DNA from: Nitrospirota bacterium
GTDB taxonomy: Bacteria > Nitrospirota > Thermodesulfovibrionia > Thermodesulfovibrionales > UBA9159
Length of the DNA stretch: 64,000 nucleotides
Direction of reading: 5' to 3'
NCBI GenBank assembly: GCA_963699545.1
Contig: CAVOUE010000009.1
Span: forward strand, 128,001-192,000
Both the position numbers and the translations under genes were made by a program. Under the pieces are notes generated by a model. That model was not told the DNA's origin, did not search any database, and saw nothing but the letters and a program-made list of their open reading frames with translations. The stretch's first letter is position 1. Each line of letters starts with the position of its first letter. This document shows, one piece after another, positions 18,751 through 28,881 of this stretch.

Positions 18751-20139
18751 ATGTCTCTCAAACCACTAAGGATATTTTTCTCGGGCATCGGCGGGAGTGG
18801 CATGTCTGCGATCGCCTGCTTCATGCACGACAGGGGTCATACCATTGTCGGCTCTGACAGGGCCTTTGATCAAAACCCTTCTCATACCCTTTACAGGGGT
18901 CTGACGTCAAAGGGCATCACCATTGTGCACCAGGACGGCGAAGGCATAGACCCGTCCTTTGATCTTGCGGTATTCAGCACTGCGGTGGAGTCCGACCGGC
19001 CGGAGTTCATGAAGGCAAAGTCCCTGGGAATCTCTGTGAAGACGAGACCCGTGTACCTGACGGAGATCGTAAGACAATTCAGGACCATCGCCGTTGCAGG
19101 AACAAGCGGGAAATCGACCACCTCCGGCATGCTTGCATTTTTCATGGACAGATTGGGACTGGACCCGAATTTTATCGGCGGCGGCAGAGTCAAACAATTC
19201 AGGACCGGCACAAACCCCGGCAATTCCCTTTCGGGCCGTTCAGACCTGCTTGTCGTTGAGGCATGCGAGTCAGACGGCACTATTGTGAATTACAGGCCCC
19301 TCCATTCCGTGCTCCTTAACCTGGCCCTTGATCACCATTCAGTGGCTGAGACAGCCGGCATGTTCAAAGCCCTGATAGGGAACACGGCCGGGAAAGTGGT
19401 CATGAACGCGGATGACCTGCATCTTAATGAGATCAATGCGGCAGGCCCGGTCACTTTTTCTTTGGTCGAACCGTCGGACTACAGGGCGACCGATGTCTTA
19501 TGCAGGCCCCTTGAAAGCGCGTTCTCTGTGCGGGGGACGCGATTCAGTCTTTCCCTTCCCGGCAGATGCAACATCTATAACGCCCTTTCGTGCATCGCCG
19601 TTCTCTCTGAAATGGGAGTCCCCCTTGAAGAGATCGCGGCTGTCTCGGGCGAATTCAAGGGCATCGAGCGCCGTTTTGACATCCTTCTGGATGACGGGAG
19701 ATACCTGGTCATTGACGATTATGCCCACAATCCCCACAAGATATCCGCTCTCATGGAGGCAATGGAAAGCATCAGGGAGCGCATCTGCTATGTCTTCCAG
19801 CCCCATGGTTACGGGCCGACTAAAACGATGAAGGATGGCTATATAGAGGCATTCACCCGGTATCTCCGGGATGCCGATCACCTCATACTCCTTCCGATCT
19901 TTTATGCGGGTGGCACTGCGGCCAGGGACATCTCGAGCCATGACCTTGCTGACGCCATCAGCGCACGCGGCAAATCCGTGGAAGTGATCGAACGGAGGGA
20001 GACTCTGTTAAAGCGTGTCAGGGAGTGGGAGGCGTATGTGGTCCTTGGCGCGCGGGACGAAACACTCTCGGACCTTGCACGGGAGATCGCGAAAGCGTTA
20101 ATAATGACAGATACGGGAAAAGGCAGGGGGAAAGAGTAG
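18751..20139 (+). CDS. Mur ligase family protein (MurC-like)
   Basis: GIGGSGMS, AGTSGKSTT, EACESDG, RRF, DDYAHNP, FQPHG. Confidence 0.88.
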   Translation: MSLKPLRIFFSGIGGSGMSAIACFMHDRGHTIVGSDRAFDQNPSHTLYRGLTSKGITIVHQDGEGIDPSFDLAVFSTAVESDRPEFMKAKSLGISVKTRPVYLTEIVRQFRTIAVAGTSGKSTTSGMLAFFMDRLGLDPNFIGGGRVKQFRTGTNPGNSLSGRSDLLVVEACESDGTIVNYRPLHSVLLNLALDHHSVAETAGMFKALIGNTAGKVVMNADDLHLNEINAAGPVTFSLVEPSDYRATDVLCRPLESAFSVRGTRFSLSLPGRCNIYNALSCIAVLSEMGVPLEEIAAVSGEFKGIERRFDILLDDGRYLVIDDYAHNPHKISALMEAMESIRERICYVFQPHGYGPTKTMKDGYIEAFTRYLRDADHLILLPIFYAGGTAARDISSHDLADAISARGKSVEVIERRETLLKRVREWEAYVVLGARDETLSDLAREIAKALIMTDTGKGRGKE

Positions 20140-20233
20140 GTCTCCTTTACACAGCGGGGCCTATTTCTTCTTCACGCCGGCCCTGTTACGCGTGTCCGCG
20201 AAGGTACCGGCCAGTGGGCACAGGAGGTGAAGC

Positions 20234-21061
20234 ATGTGTGCGCGTGATCCCTATCGTTTTGTCAATGAACTTGATGATGCCGCGGTCGAAAACCTCATCA
20301 ACCGACTTGAGAGCCGTGCCAAAGACAGAGTCTTCACGAGGCTTTTTGACAAATATGCCGCGCAGCTGAACCTGCCCCACGCTTCTCAAATCCTGGTAGT
20401 CGGGTGTGGAACAGGCGTGATCGTCCGTCTTCTCGCACACCGAAGTGACTTTCCCGGCATCGTTCTCGGGGTCGATCATAGTCGGGTCTTCATTGAGGCT
20501 GCGCGTCGTTTCGCGCACGAGGAAGGCATCGATGACCGCGTCGAGTTTCGCATCGGCGATGCTCACAGGCTGGACTTCCCGGAGGGTGCATTCGATGTGG
20601 CAATCGCCCACACCGTCATCAGTCATGTCACTGAGCCCGCAACAATTCTCAGGGAAATGGCCCGCGTCGTCCGCCCCGGGGGCACCGTCGCTGTCTTTGA
20701 TGGCGATTATGCCTCTCTGACCTTTGCCTGCCCTGATCCTGCATTCGGTCGTCAAATGGATGCAGCGCTTGCAACGGCCACTTTTAATAATCCTCTCGTC
20801 ATGCGTGACATGCCACGCATGCTGGCAGAGGTTGGACTGGAGGGCATCTCCGCGATGCCCGACGTGGTTGCCGAAATCGGGAAATGGAGCTACTTCAAGT
20901 CTTTCGCAGAGACGAATGCCCCGCTTGTTGCGGCCGGCGGCCTGCTGTCAGCGGAAGCGGTTGCGGAATGGCTGACTGCGCAGCGGCAATCGGTAGATCA
21001 TGGAACTTTTTTCGCATCTTGCAATTACTACACCTATCTGGCCCGGCGACCGGCAAAATGA
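20234..21061 (+). CDS. Class I SAM-dependent methyltransferase
   Basis: VVGCGTG, GVDHS, GDAHRLDFPEGAFD, VVRPGG. Confidence 0.88.
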   Translation: MCARDPYRFVNELDDAAVENLINRLESRAKDRVFTRLFDKYAAQLNLPHASQILVVGCGTGVIVRLLAHRSDFPGIVLGVDHSRVFIEAARRFAHEEGIDDRVEFRIGDAHRLDFPEGAFDVAIAHTVISHVTEPATILREMARVVRPGGTVAVFDGDYASLTFACPDPAFGRQMDAALATATFNNPLVMRDMPRMLAEVGLEGISAMPDVVAEIGKWSYFKSFAETNAPLVAAGGLLSAEAVAEWLTAQRQSVDHGTFFASCNYYTYLARRPAK

Positions 21062-21257
21062 AAAGCGGGGAAAATTACGTTTCAAACCCCGACAATTTCT
21101 CCGAGTGATGTCGGCTTCTGTGAGAACCCTTTCCTGTTGCTCTGTAGCTTTAAATCGGGCGACTGCTTCAATTGATCATACCCCTTCAGTACCTCTCCTG
21201 ATAAAACCATATGCTTCAGAATATCGGTCAGTGATTCTGATACAATAAAGCAACCCA

Positions 21258-21917
21258 ATGAACAGGACAATCATCAGATCATTAAACATCGGCCTGCCGA
21301 AGAAAGAAGTATTCCACGGCAGGGAGATAGTCACCGGGATTTGCAAGACTCCCGTATCAGAACGGTTACGCCTCAGGAAGTCTGGATTTGAAGGTGACGG
21401 GGTCGGGGACCTGAAGCACCATGGAGGGCACGACAAAGCTGTGTGTGTCTATAGTGCAGAACATTATCCATACTGGGAAACTCTTCTCGGAATTACGCTG
21501 CCCTTTGCCGCATTTGGTGAGAACCTCTCTGTCGCCAATCTCTATGAGGACGATGTCTGTGTTGGAGATGTTTTCGTGTTGGGAACAGCAACGGTACAGG
21601 TCAGCCAGCCACGGCAGCCCTGCAAGACACTCGCAGCCCGATATGGGAGGGCCGACATGATAAAGCTCGTCATAGACTCGGGCCACACCGGCTTCTATCT
21701 CAGGGTACTCGAAGAGGGCATTGTGGAGAAGGGCAGCCCCTTTGTTCTGCGAGACAGAGAACCGCATGGGATATCGATCACTTTTGCCAACCATATGCTC
21801 CATCACGACAGGACGAATCGGGAGGGGATCAGAAAAGTCCTTGAGGTGCCCGCCCTTTCTGAATCTTGGCGGAAATCTTTCCTGGAATTAAGCGAGAAGT
21901 GTAAGCAAAATCGATGA
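21258..21917 (+). CDS. MOSC domain protein (YiiM-like)
   Basis: HHGGHDKAV, FGENL, VSQPRQPC, TGFYLRVL. Confidence 0.9.
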   Translation: MNRTIIRSLNIGLPKKEVFHGREIVTGICKTPVSERLRLRKSGFEGDGVGDLKHHGGHDKAVCVYSAEHYPYWETLLGITLPFAAFGENLSVANLYEDDVCVGDVFVLGTATVQVSQPRQPCKTLAARYGRADMIKLVIDSGHTGFYLRVLEEGIVEKGSPFVLRDREPHGISITFANHMLHHDRTNREGIRKVLEVPALSESWRKSFLELSEKCKQNR

Positions 21918-21979
21918 AAGAGAGGGATAAAAAAGGGGGGACCCATCCCACCGATCTTTTTGCAGTGATATAATAGGCA

Positions 21980-22600
21980 ATGGACGAGCTTGCCAGGCAA
22001 TACGTGCTCTCCTTTTACGACAAAACGCTCCGGATGTTCGGCGACCGGCCTGAGGCGCTCAGATGGACTTCAAGGGGGCAGGTGCTGCACTATGAAGCCC
22101 TGCTCGACATTGCGGACAGCATCCATGGGAAAAAGGTCCTCGATTTCGGATGCGGGAAGGGGGACTTTTGCTGCTTCCTGAAACAGAGAGATATCCAGGT
22201 CGATTACACGGGGCTCGATATCAACGAAAAACTCATCGGTAGGGCACGCGAGAATAACCCCGGGACAGTCTTCAGGGTCTTTGACATCGAACAAGACACG
22301 CTCGATGAGGACTTTGACTACATCTTCCTTTGCGGTGTGTTCAACCTGAATGTCCAGGGTATCGAAGAGATGATCAGGAGCGCGCTGAAGAAGCTCTTCG
22401 GTCGCTGCAGGATCGGACTGGCCTTCAATGCCCCCTCTGCTCACAACCCGAAAAAGGATTTTGAACTGCACTACGTCTCTCCGGAAGACATCTTCAGCTT
22501 TGCGATGAGGAACCTCTCACCCTTTGTCTCGATACGGCATGACAGGATGCCGTATGACTTTACCATGTTCGTCTACAGGGAGATCAGGTCCTTTTACTGA
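21980..22600 (+). CDS. Class I SAM-dependent methyltransferase
   Basis: VLDFGCGKGD, YTGLDI. Confidence 0.85.
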   Translation: MDELARQYVLSFYDKTLRMFGDRPEALRWTSRGQVLHYEALLDIADSIHGKKVLDFGCGKGDFCCFLKQRDIQVDYTGLDINEKLIGRARENNPGTVFRVFDIEQDTLDEDFDYIFLCGVFNLNVQGIEEMIRSALKKLFGRCRIGLAFNAPSAHNPKKDFELHYVSPEDIFSFAMRNLSPFVSIRHDRMPYDFTMFVYREIRSFY

Positions 22601-22677
22601 CGGGCGAGGGACCCGGCCACCGGGACACGTAACCCTGAGCAATGAGACACGTGAGAGGAACGTTACTTACGGAAGCA

Positions 22678-22998
22678 TCACTCTTTTCCTTTGATGGTCC
22701 CCGCTGCAGGGTCATAGTCGTATTTGCTGTTGTCAAGCGGGGTTCCGGTAAAATACGCCAGTTCCTCGATGTCTTTTGGGTACCTGTCGTTCATGACATG
22801 AAATGATCTGATCGCGTCCTGAAGGCTCTTGACGTCCATCTGTTTGGCGAACTGCTGTGTGCCGGTGTATGCCCGCGTGACATCGTCTCCGTACTGTTCT
22901 ACAGGATTTCTGCTCTTATTCTCTCCGGTGATCTTGCTTTCGCACGACACAAGCGAAATAAGGATTGACAAAAGGAAGAATACAAGAAGTCTTCTCAT
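22678..22998 (-). CDS. Hypothetical lipoprotein
   Basis: MRR plus a hydrophobic stretch and LVSC lipobox; GspG-like RYPKDIEEL segment. Confidence 0.6.
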   Translation of the reverse strand: MRRLLVFFLLSILISLVSCESKITGENKSRNPVEQYGDDVTRAYTGTQQFAKQMDVKSLQDAIRSFHVMNDRYPKDIEELAYFTGTPLDNSKYDYDPAAGTIKGKE

Positions 22999-23029
22999 AT
23001 ATAGAGAAAGTATACACTATTTCCGCTGT

Positions 23030-24334
23030 CTATGATGTATACCCGCTCTCGCCGTGTTGGCTGAGATCGAGACCGTCCACCTCATCTTCCAGACTCACCC
23101 GCAGCCCCATGGTCCAGTCAATGACCTTGAGCATCACAGCGGTCACCACAAATGAGTAAAGCGTCACCGCCAGGATGCCGACCACCTGGGTGACCAGGAC
23201 CTTGTAGTTGCCGAAAAGAAGACCGTCCGCTCCGGAGGGATTAATGAGCTTCTGCGCGAACACGCCGGTGGCAAGGGTTCCGAGGATCCCGCCCACGCCG
23301 TGAACTCCGAAGGCGTCCAGCGAATCGTCATACCCGAGTTTCCCTTTCATATTCAACGCCACATAGCATAACGATCCCGCTGCCGCCCCGATGAGAAGTG
23401 CAGGCATCGGCCCTACAAATCCCGACGCCGGGGTTATCGTGGCAAGCCCCGCGATGGAGCCGGTAGCAGCTCCGAACATGGTGGGCTTGCCCCTGTGCAG
23501 CCACTCGATAATTACCCAGGTCAGGGTGGCGGAAACAGCGGATATATGGGTGACCGCAAAGGTCATGGCGCTCAGGCCACCGGATGAAAGAGCGCTTCCC
23601 GCATTGAAACCGAACCATCCGAACCAGAGAAGGCCTGCCCCGATCACCGTCATGGGAAGATCGTGCGGCATAATGGTCTCACGCAGGTATCCTTTCCTCT
23701 TCCCTATAATAAGTGCCGCAGCAAGGGCAGAAATGCCCGAGGTGATGTGCACCACTATGCCGCCGGCAAAATCCAGTACCCCGAGGTCCTTGAGCCATCC
23801 TCCTGTTCCCCAGACCCAATGGGCAACAGGGTCATAGACAATTGTCGACCAGAGGACGGTGAAAACGAGAAACGCCGAAAACTTCATCCTTTCCGCAAAG
23901 GCCCCCGAGATCAGCGCGGGAGTGATCACCGCAAACATTGCCTGATAGATCATGAACGCGATATGAGGCACCGTGGCGGCATAATCAGCATTCGGCTCCA
24001 CTCCCACACCGTTCAACCCGACCCAGTCAAGGCCTCCAATGATCCCGTGAACATCAGGGCCGAAGGAGAGGCTGTAGCCGAAAAGGATCCACTGGACGCT
24101 CACCACAGCTATGGCCACAAAGCTCTGCATGATGGTTGCGAGAACATTTTTCCTCCGCACCATCCCTCCGTAGAACATTGCAAGCCCGGGGGTCATGAGC
24201 ATTACAAAAGCGGCTGAGAGCAGGACGAAGGCGGTATCGCCCGCATCCACCTTGCCTGGTGTTTGAGCGTATGCGCTCAGGGGAAGTGAGAGAACAAACA
24301 CAGCTGAAAGCAGCCTGATGATCCATTTTTTCAT
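23030..24334 (-). CDS. amtB: Ammonium transporter (Amt family), copy 2
   Basis: FYGG, DFAGG.VVH, WFGWFGFNAGS, YDDSLDAFGVHG, QHGE. Confidence 0.95.
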   Translation of the reverse strand: MKKWIIRLLSAVFVLSLPLSAYAQTPGKVDAGDTAFVLLSAAFVMLMTPGLAMFYGGMVRRKNVLATIMQSFVAIAVVSVQWILFGYSLSFGPDVHGIIGGLDWVGLNGVGVEPNADYAATVPHIAFMIYQAMFAVITPALISGAFAERMKFSAFLVFTVLWSTIVYDPVAHWVWGTGGWLKDLGVLDFAGGIVVHITSGISALAAALIIGKRKGYLRETIMPHDLPMTVIGAGLLWFGWFGFNAGSALSSGGLSAMTFAVTHISAVSATLTWVIIEWLHRGKPTMFGAATGSIAGLATITPASGFVGPMPALLIGAAAGSLCYVALNMKGKLGYDDSLDAFGVHGVGGILGTLATGVFAQKLINPSGADGLLFGNYKVLVTQVVGILAVTLYSFVVTAVMLKVIDWTMGLRVSLEDEVDGLDLSQHGESGYTS

Positions 24335-24493
24335 GGCACACTCCTTCCGGGGGATTACTGAAGAACCCTGCCCCGCTATCTTCCGGGATGAGGTATCTTA
24401 ACGAAACGAACGATTCCTTTTTCCATCCGCTCGCTCACCCCACAGCCCGCCGAGGCGGTCGGGGTGGAGCTCGCTATTCGTCCCCAGGAGTAT

Positions 24494-24509
24494 AGCGAAA
24501 GGCGTGCCA
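24494..24509 (-). promoter_or_regulatory. sigma54 (-24/-12) promoter of amt copy 2
   Basis: Minus strand TGGCACGCCTTTCGCT; IHF-like AATCAA-N4-TTA at 24514-24526. Confidence 0.8.
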
Positions 24510-24563
24510 GAGGTAACATATTGATTATACTGGACAAAAAGAAACCTGCCTTTTCCGTGAAGA

Positions 24564-24666
24564 CTACAAAAATGTAGCTGGAGGGATTCCTGATGGTAAT
24601 TTATTCTGTAAAAATAAGGGGATAGTGCATTATCCTACATTTTTGCAGCACCTACAAAAATGTAGG
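24564..24666. promoter_or_regulatory. Three palindromic activator sites CTACA-N4-TGTAG
   Basis: CTACAAAAATGTAG 24564-24577; CTACATTTTTGCAG 24635-24648; CCTACAAAAATGTAGG 24651-24666. Confidence 0.7.
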
Positions 24667-24708
24667 CGCAAAGACCGGACGCTGCGTTCCCTGCTCCTGA
24701 ACTTGTTG

Positions 24709-24746
24709 TTGCTGCAGGGCCGGCTCAGAGGCCGGCCCTGCAGCAA
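24709..24746 (-). terminator. Strong stem-loop downstream of the PII gene
   Basis: TTGCTGCAGGGCCGGC-TCAGAG-GCCGGCCCTGCAGCAA, a perfect 16-bp stem. Confidence 0.6.
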
Positions 24747-24771
24747 ACGTCTCAGACTTCCCTTGGTGACC

Positions 24772-25128
<357 letters not shown>

Positions 25129-25186
25129 TCAGAGGTCGTGGCTCGTTGCTCACGCAAGAACCATAACCTCTGAACCATGAGCTTCT

Positions 25187-26563
25187 TTATAAGTTATATG
25201 CCTTTTCGCCGTGCTGGCTCTCGTCAAGACCGGTGACTTCATCTTCAGGGTCTACCCTGAGCCCAACGAACACCTTTATGACCATGAAGATCACGAAGGT
25301 CATAAGCCCACTATACACCATGGTCACCCCTACCGCGATGATCTGGGTCATGAGCTGTCCGGGATTTCCGAAGAGAAGACCCTTGCCTGCATCATTTATC
25401 GACGGGTCCGCAAAGACACCGGTCAGAATAGCCCCGATGGTTCCGCCTACGCCGTGGATGCCAAAGGCATCAAGGGTGTCGTCATATCCCAGTTTAGGTT
25501 TCAGGACCGCAACTGCAAAGAACGGTATAACGCCGGCCGCGATTCCGATGATGATGGCGCCGCTGATGTTCACGAAGCCCGCAGCCGGGGTGATCGCGAC
25601 CAGGCCGGCCACCGCACCCGATGCGAGACCCAGGACCGTCGGTTTCTTGGAATGCAGCCATTCTGTGAACATCCATGAGAGCGCTGCCACTGCCGTAGCC
25701 GTATTCGTGTTAAGAAACGCAGCTCCGGCAAGTCCGTTCGCCGCAACCGCAGAGCCTGCATTAAAACCGAACCATCCGAACCAGAGAAGGCCTGCGCCGG
25801 TGACCACCAGGGTCAGGTTGCCCGGAAGGAGGGCCTTCTCGCGTCTCTTGCCCAGGACCAATGCACCAACAAGGGCTGCGATACCGGCGTTGATATGGAC
25901 AACAGTACCGCCGGCAAAGTCCAGCGCCCCGAGTTTCTGGAGGAAACCGCCGCCCCATACCCAATGGGCAACCGGCACATACACCAGGGTCATCCAGAGT
26001 ATCGAAAAGAGGACCCAGGCCGAGAACTTCATCCGTTCGATGTATGCGCCGCTCGCAAGGGCAACAGTGATCGCCGCAAAGGTGAGCTGGTAGACAATGT
26101 AAATATACTCGGGTATCGTCTTTGCCAGATCAGAAATGCTGTTCGGGCCGATACCCTTAAGAAAGAACTTCTCGGCGCTTCCCAGTATCCCTCCTATGTC
26201 AGTCCCAAAGGAAAACGTGTACCCGTAGATGACCCAGAGGACACTCACGATACAGAACGTTACAAAGGTCATGGCCATCGTATTGAGAGAGTCCTTCCGC
26301 TTTGCGAGCCCTCCATAGAAAAGCGCCAGTCCGGGTATCGACATGAGCATGACCAGAGCAGTAGCAACGATCATCCATGCCGTATCGCCCGTGTCGATCT
26401 TCAATGGAACCGGCGTGGGCTGGGAAGATGCCGGCTGAGCAGGCGGCGCAGCCTGCTCAGCGCTTGTGGTCGGAGGGTTAGGAAGCACCTTTTCCTCGGC
26501 AAGCACAAGACCTGCCAATCCCAGAAAGCTTAATAGTATTACTATACTGACCAATCGTTTCAT
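25187..26563 (-). CDS. amtB: Ammonium transporter (Amt family), copy 1
   Basis: Signal peptide and Pro/Gln-rich linker; DFAGGTVVH, WFGWFGFNAGS, FGIHG; SD GAGGAGG before ATG 26563. Confidence 0.95.
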   Translation of the reverse strand: MKRLVSIVILLSFLGLAGLVLAEEKVLPNPPTTSAEQAAPPAQPASSQPTPVPLKIDTGDTAWMIVATALVMLMSIPGLALFYGGLAKRKDSLNTMAMTFVTFCIVSVLWVIYGYTFSFGTDIGGILGSAEKFFLKGIGPNSISDLAKTIPEYIYIVYQLTFAAITVALASGAYIERMKFSAWVLFSILWMTLVYVPVAHWVWGGGFLQKLGALDFAGGTVVHINAGIAALVGALVLGKRREKALLPGNLTLVVTGAGLLWFGWFGFNAGSAVAANGLAGAAFLNTNTATAVAALSWMFTEWLHSKKPTVLGLASGAVAGLVAITPAAGFVNISGAIIIGIAAGVIPFFAVAVLKPKLGYDDTLDAFGIHGVGGTIGAILTGVFADPSINDAGKGLLFGNPGQLMTQIIAVGVTMVYSGLMTFVIFMVIKVFVGLRVDPEDEVTGLDESQHGEKAYNL

Positions 26564-26592
26564 TTCAAACCTCCTCATACCTTTATGCGTTC

Positions 26593-27708
26593 TTACCATG
26601 TGTACATAACACCGAGTGCGATAGTATCCTGGCTCTTCCTCTTGCTGCCGCTGCTGCTGCCGGGGAACGACTCCTCGTCTGACCAGTCATGCCGATACTC
26701 AGGCCTCAACAGCAGGTTTTTGGCCACCGTGAACTGAGGGGTAAGGGTCACCTCCTGCAATTTCTGGGCGGTACCGGTCCTCGCGCCGTCTGTGTCCTTG
26801 AAATACTCATATCTGAGCGCGATGCTGAACAGGTCATTGACGTCATACTTCGCAATGCCCGCGCCGCCCCACCACGTGGCAGTGCCACCGTCTGCAGCCG
26901 AGTGCTGCTCAGACCCGTAATCAAAATTGAGAATGAAAGAAAGGTTCTTCGTTGCTTTAACGGTCCCGACCCAGTCAAAGAGGAATCTTTCATCGTGGTT
27001 ATTGTCCGGCTTCTCAGGACCATACATCACATTGAACAACATGGAAAGCTGTTCCATTGGCGTAGCGCCCAAAGACAATCCGACGCTCTTGCCCTTGTTG
27101 TTGTCGTTGGTGTCATCCCAGCCATTCACAAGAAATAAGGCCCCATTGAACGCATCACTGAACGGGTAACTGACCTTGAAGCCCGTATGGGTGAACGGGA
27201 TAGCATAGTTGAACAGAAATGAACGCGAATAATTAGGATTGTCCCGGGCCTCAATGACCTCAGCCCCAAAGTAGGTGACAAACTTCCCGAAATCAAACCT
27301 CAGTCCCTTACCTACAGGTGCCGTGTAGCTTACATACGCCTCAGTAAGGTCAAACACGTCGTCACTGCTGCCAAGACCATTTGAATGGATAAACTTTGCT
27401 GTTTCACCCACAGACAGCTTCAGTTTGTACCCCAGGCCGCCAACAGCGGGTTCTTTCAGGAACTGCAGCTGGGCAAGGTCCACAAGAAAGCTGTTTGCCT
27501 GCTGGTCAAAGACCCTCAGCCCGTTCTCCTTGTTTGCGGGGTTCTCAAAGTTGTAGGTATACCCCCCCTGCAGATAGATGCTCATGCCAAGGGCGTTCTT
27601 GATGTCCTCTGCGGACATGACAGGTTTCTTCTCCTCTGAAAAAGCGCTCATCGAAAACACAAAGACCACCATTATCAATACGCTGATGCTCACAAACCTT
27701 TTCATCAC
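26593..27708 (-). CDS. Outer-membrane beta-barrel porin (DUF1597/BBP2-like)
   Basis: Signal peptide; GKF.T.FGAEVIE...NPNYSRS.LF..AIPFTHTG; C-terminal aromatic residue (YTW). Confidence 0.8.
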   Translation of the reverse strand: MMKRFVSISVLIMVVFVFSMSAFSEEKKPVMSAEDIKNALGMSIYLQGGYTYNFENPANKENGLRVFDQQANSFLVDLAQLQFLKEPAVGGLGYKLKLSVGETAKFIHSNGLGSSDDVFDLTEAYVSYTAPVGKGLRFDFGKFVTYFGAEVIEARDNPNYSRSFLFNYAIPFTHTGFKVSYPFSDAFNGALFLVNGWDDTNDNNKGKSVGLSLGATPMEQLSMLFNVMYGPEKPDNNHDERFLFDWVGTVKATKNLSFILNFDYGSEQHSAADGGTATWWGGAGIAKYDVNDLFSIALRYEYFKDTDGARTGTAQKLQEVTLTPQFTVAKNLLLRPEYRHDWSDEESFPGSSSGSKRKSQDTIALGVMYTW

Positions 27709-27744
27709 TTCTCCCTCCTTTGCCGTCTTTTTTTTTGCGTTCTC

Positions 27745-27972
27745 TCACTTAAATTGATCATTTCGTTCTTTAGTCCCTTCCGTTTCTTTTCGATACTCCC
27801 CGATACCCTCCACCTCCTTCTGTATGCCGTATTTCTTGACCTTGTATCCGATCATTCTCTCGGTGATCCCCAGCTTTCTCGCTGCCCTTGCCATTATCCA
27901 GTTGCATTCACTGAGGGCATGCAGGATCTCTTCCCTCTCCAGTTCCTTTACTTTGTCTTTTAAGGTTGCCAT
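27745..27972 (-). CDS. Stand-alone Fis-type HTH (HTH_8) protein
   Basis: LEREEILHALSECNWIMARAARKLGITERMIGYKVKKYGI; SD GAGGT; lies directly after a sigma54 promoter. Confidence 0.8.
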   Translation of the reverse strand: MATLKDKVKELEREEILHALSECNWIMARAARKLGITERMIGYKVKKYGIQKEVEGIGEYRKETEGTKERNDQFK

Positions 27973-27997
27973 TGTTCTGAAACCTGCACCTCTCTAT

Positions 27998-28013
27998 AGC
28001 CAGAACCGTGCCA
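27998..28013 (-). promoter_or_regulatory. sigma54 (-24/-12) promoter of the HTH-porin-amt-glnK operon
   Basis: Minus strand TGGCACGGTTCTGGCT; ACA-N4-TGT sites at 28060-28073 and 28078-28091. Confidence 0.8.
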
Positions 28014-28267
28014 GCCCATAACTCTGCAGTTTATAAAAGGATTTCCTTTCCAACATATACAACATATTTGTATGTCATTACATTATTGTAGGTCGGGCTG
28101 CTTCAATGGCAGCAACCCTGTTCATCTGCTCCTCCTCGTACTACCGCCTGATAAATGGTGAAACCTTTTCAATTTGTGTATATAATCAAATGGGTGCACC
28201 CTGTTGCCTTGATGCTGACTGCTGCGCATCGGGGTGTACATCGTGACTTGAAAGGAAGGGAGGAACT

Positions 28268-28834
28268 ATGGACATCTTTGAAGCCATCAGAACGAGGCGG
28301 AGCGTCAGGAGGTTCGCAGACAAACCAGTGGAGGATGAGAAGCTCCAGGCCATGCTCGAAGCGGCACGCCAGGCTCCCTCCTGGGCAAATCTCCAGTGCT
28401 GGCGATTCATCGTGGTGAAGGACCCCTCGGTGAAGGATGCGATCAGCGAAATGTCCTATGTGGAGTCCTTTTTCGTTCCGCGGGGATACAAGGCGAACCC
28501 TGCCAAGAAAGGGCTGGCAGAGGCCCCGGCTGTCATCGTTGCCTGTGCCGACCCATCGCAATCGGGGACCCTCTGGGGGCAGCCATATTATATGACCGAT
28601 ATCGGCATCTCAGCGCAGAATCTCATGCTCGCGGCACGGGCCCTCGGACTCGGGACCGTCTTCGTGGGAGTGTTTGATGAGGAACAGATCCGCTCGATGC
28701 TCGCCATCCCTCCACACATCAGGGTGGTTGGCCTCTTCCCTGTGGGCTATCCCCTTGAAGAGAAAGCCTCGGGCCCCGCGCGGAAACCCCTTAGTGAGAT
28801 CGCCTTTAAAGGGACATGGGGAAAGACGTTATAG
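28268..28834 (+). CDS. Nitroreductase family protein
   Basis: [41 protein letters not shown]. Confidence 0.9.
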   Translation: MDIFEAIRTRRSVRRFADKPVEDEKLQAMLEAARQAPSWANLQCWRFIVVKDPSVKDAISEMSYVESFFVPRGYKANPAKKGLAEAPAVIVACADPSQSGTLWGQPYYMTDIGISAQNLMLAARALGLGTVFVGVFDEEQIRSMLAIPPHIRVVGLFPVGYPLEEKASGPARKPLSEIAFKGTWGKTL

Positions 28835-28881
28835 TTTCAGCATAAGAAACTTTTTTTCGTGTAGCTTTACGGAGGAGGTCA

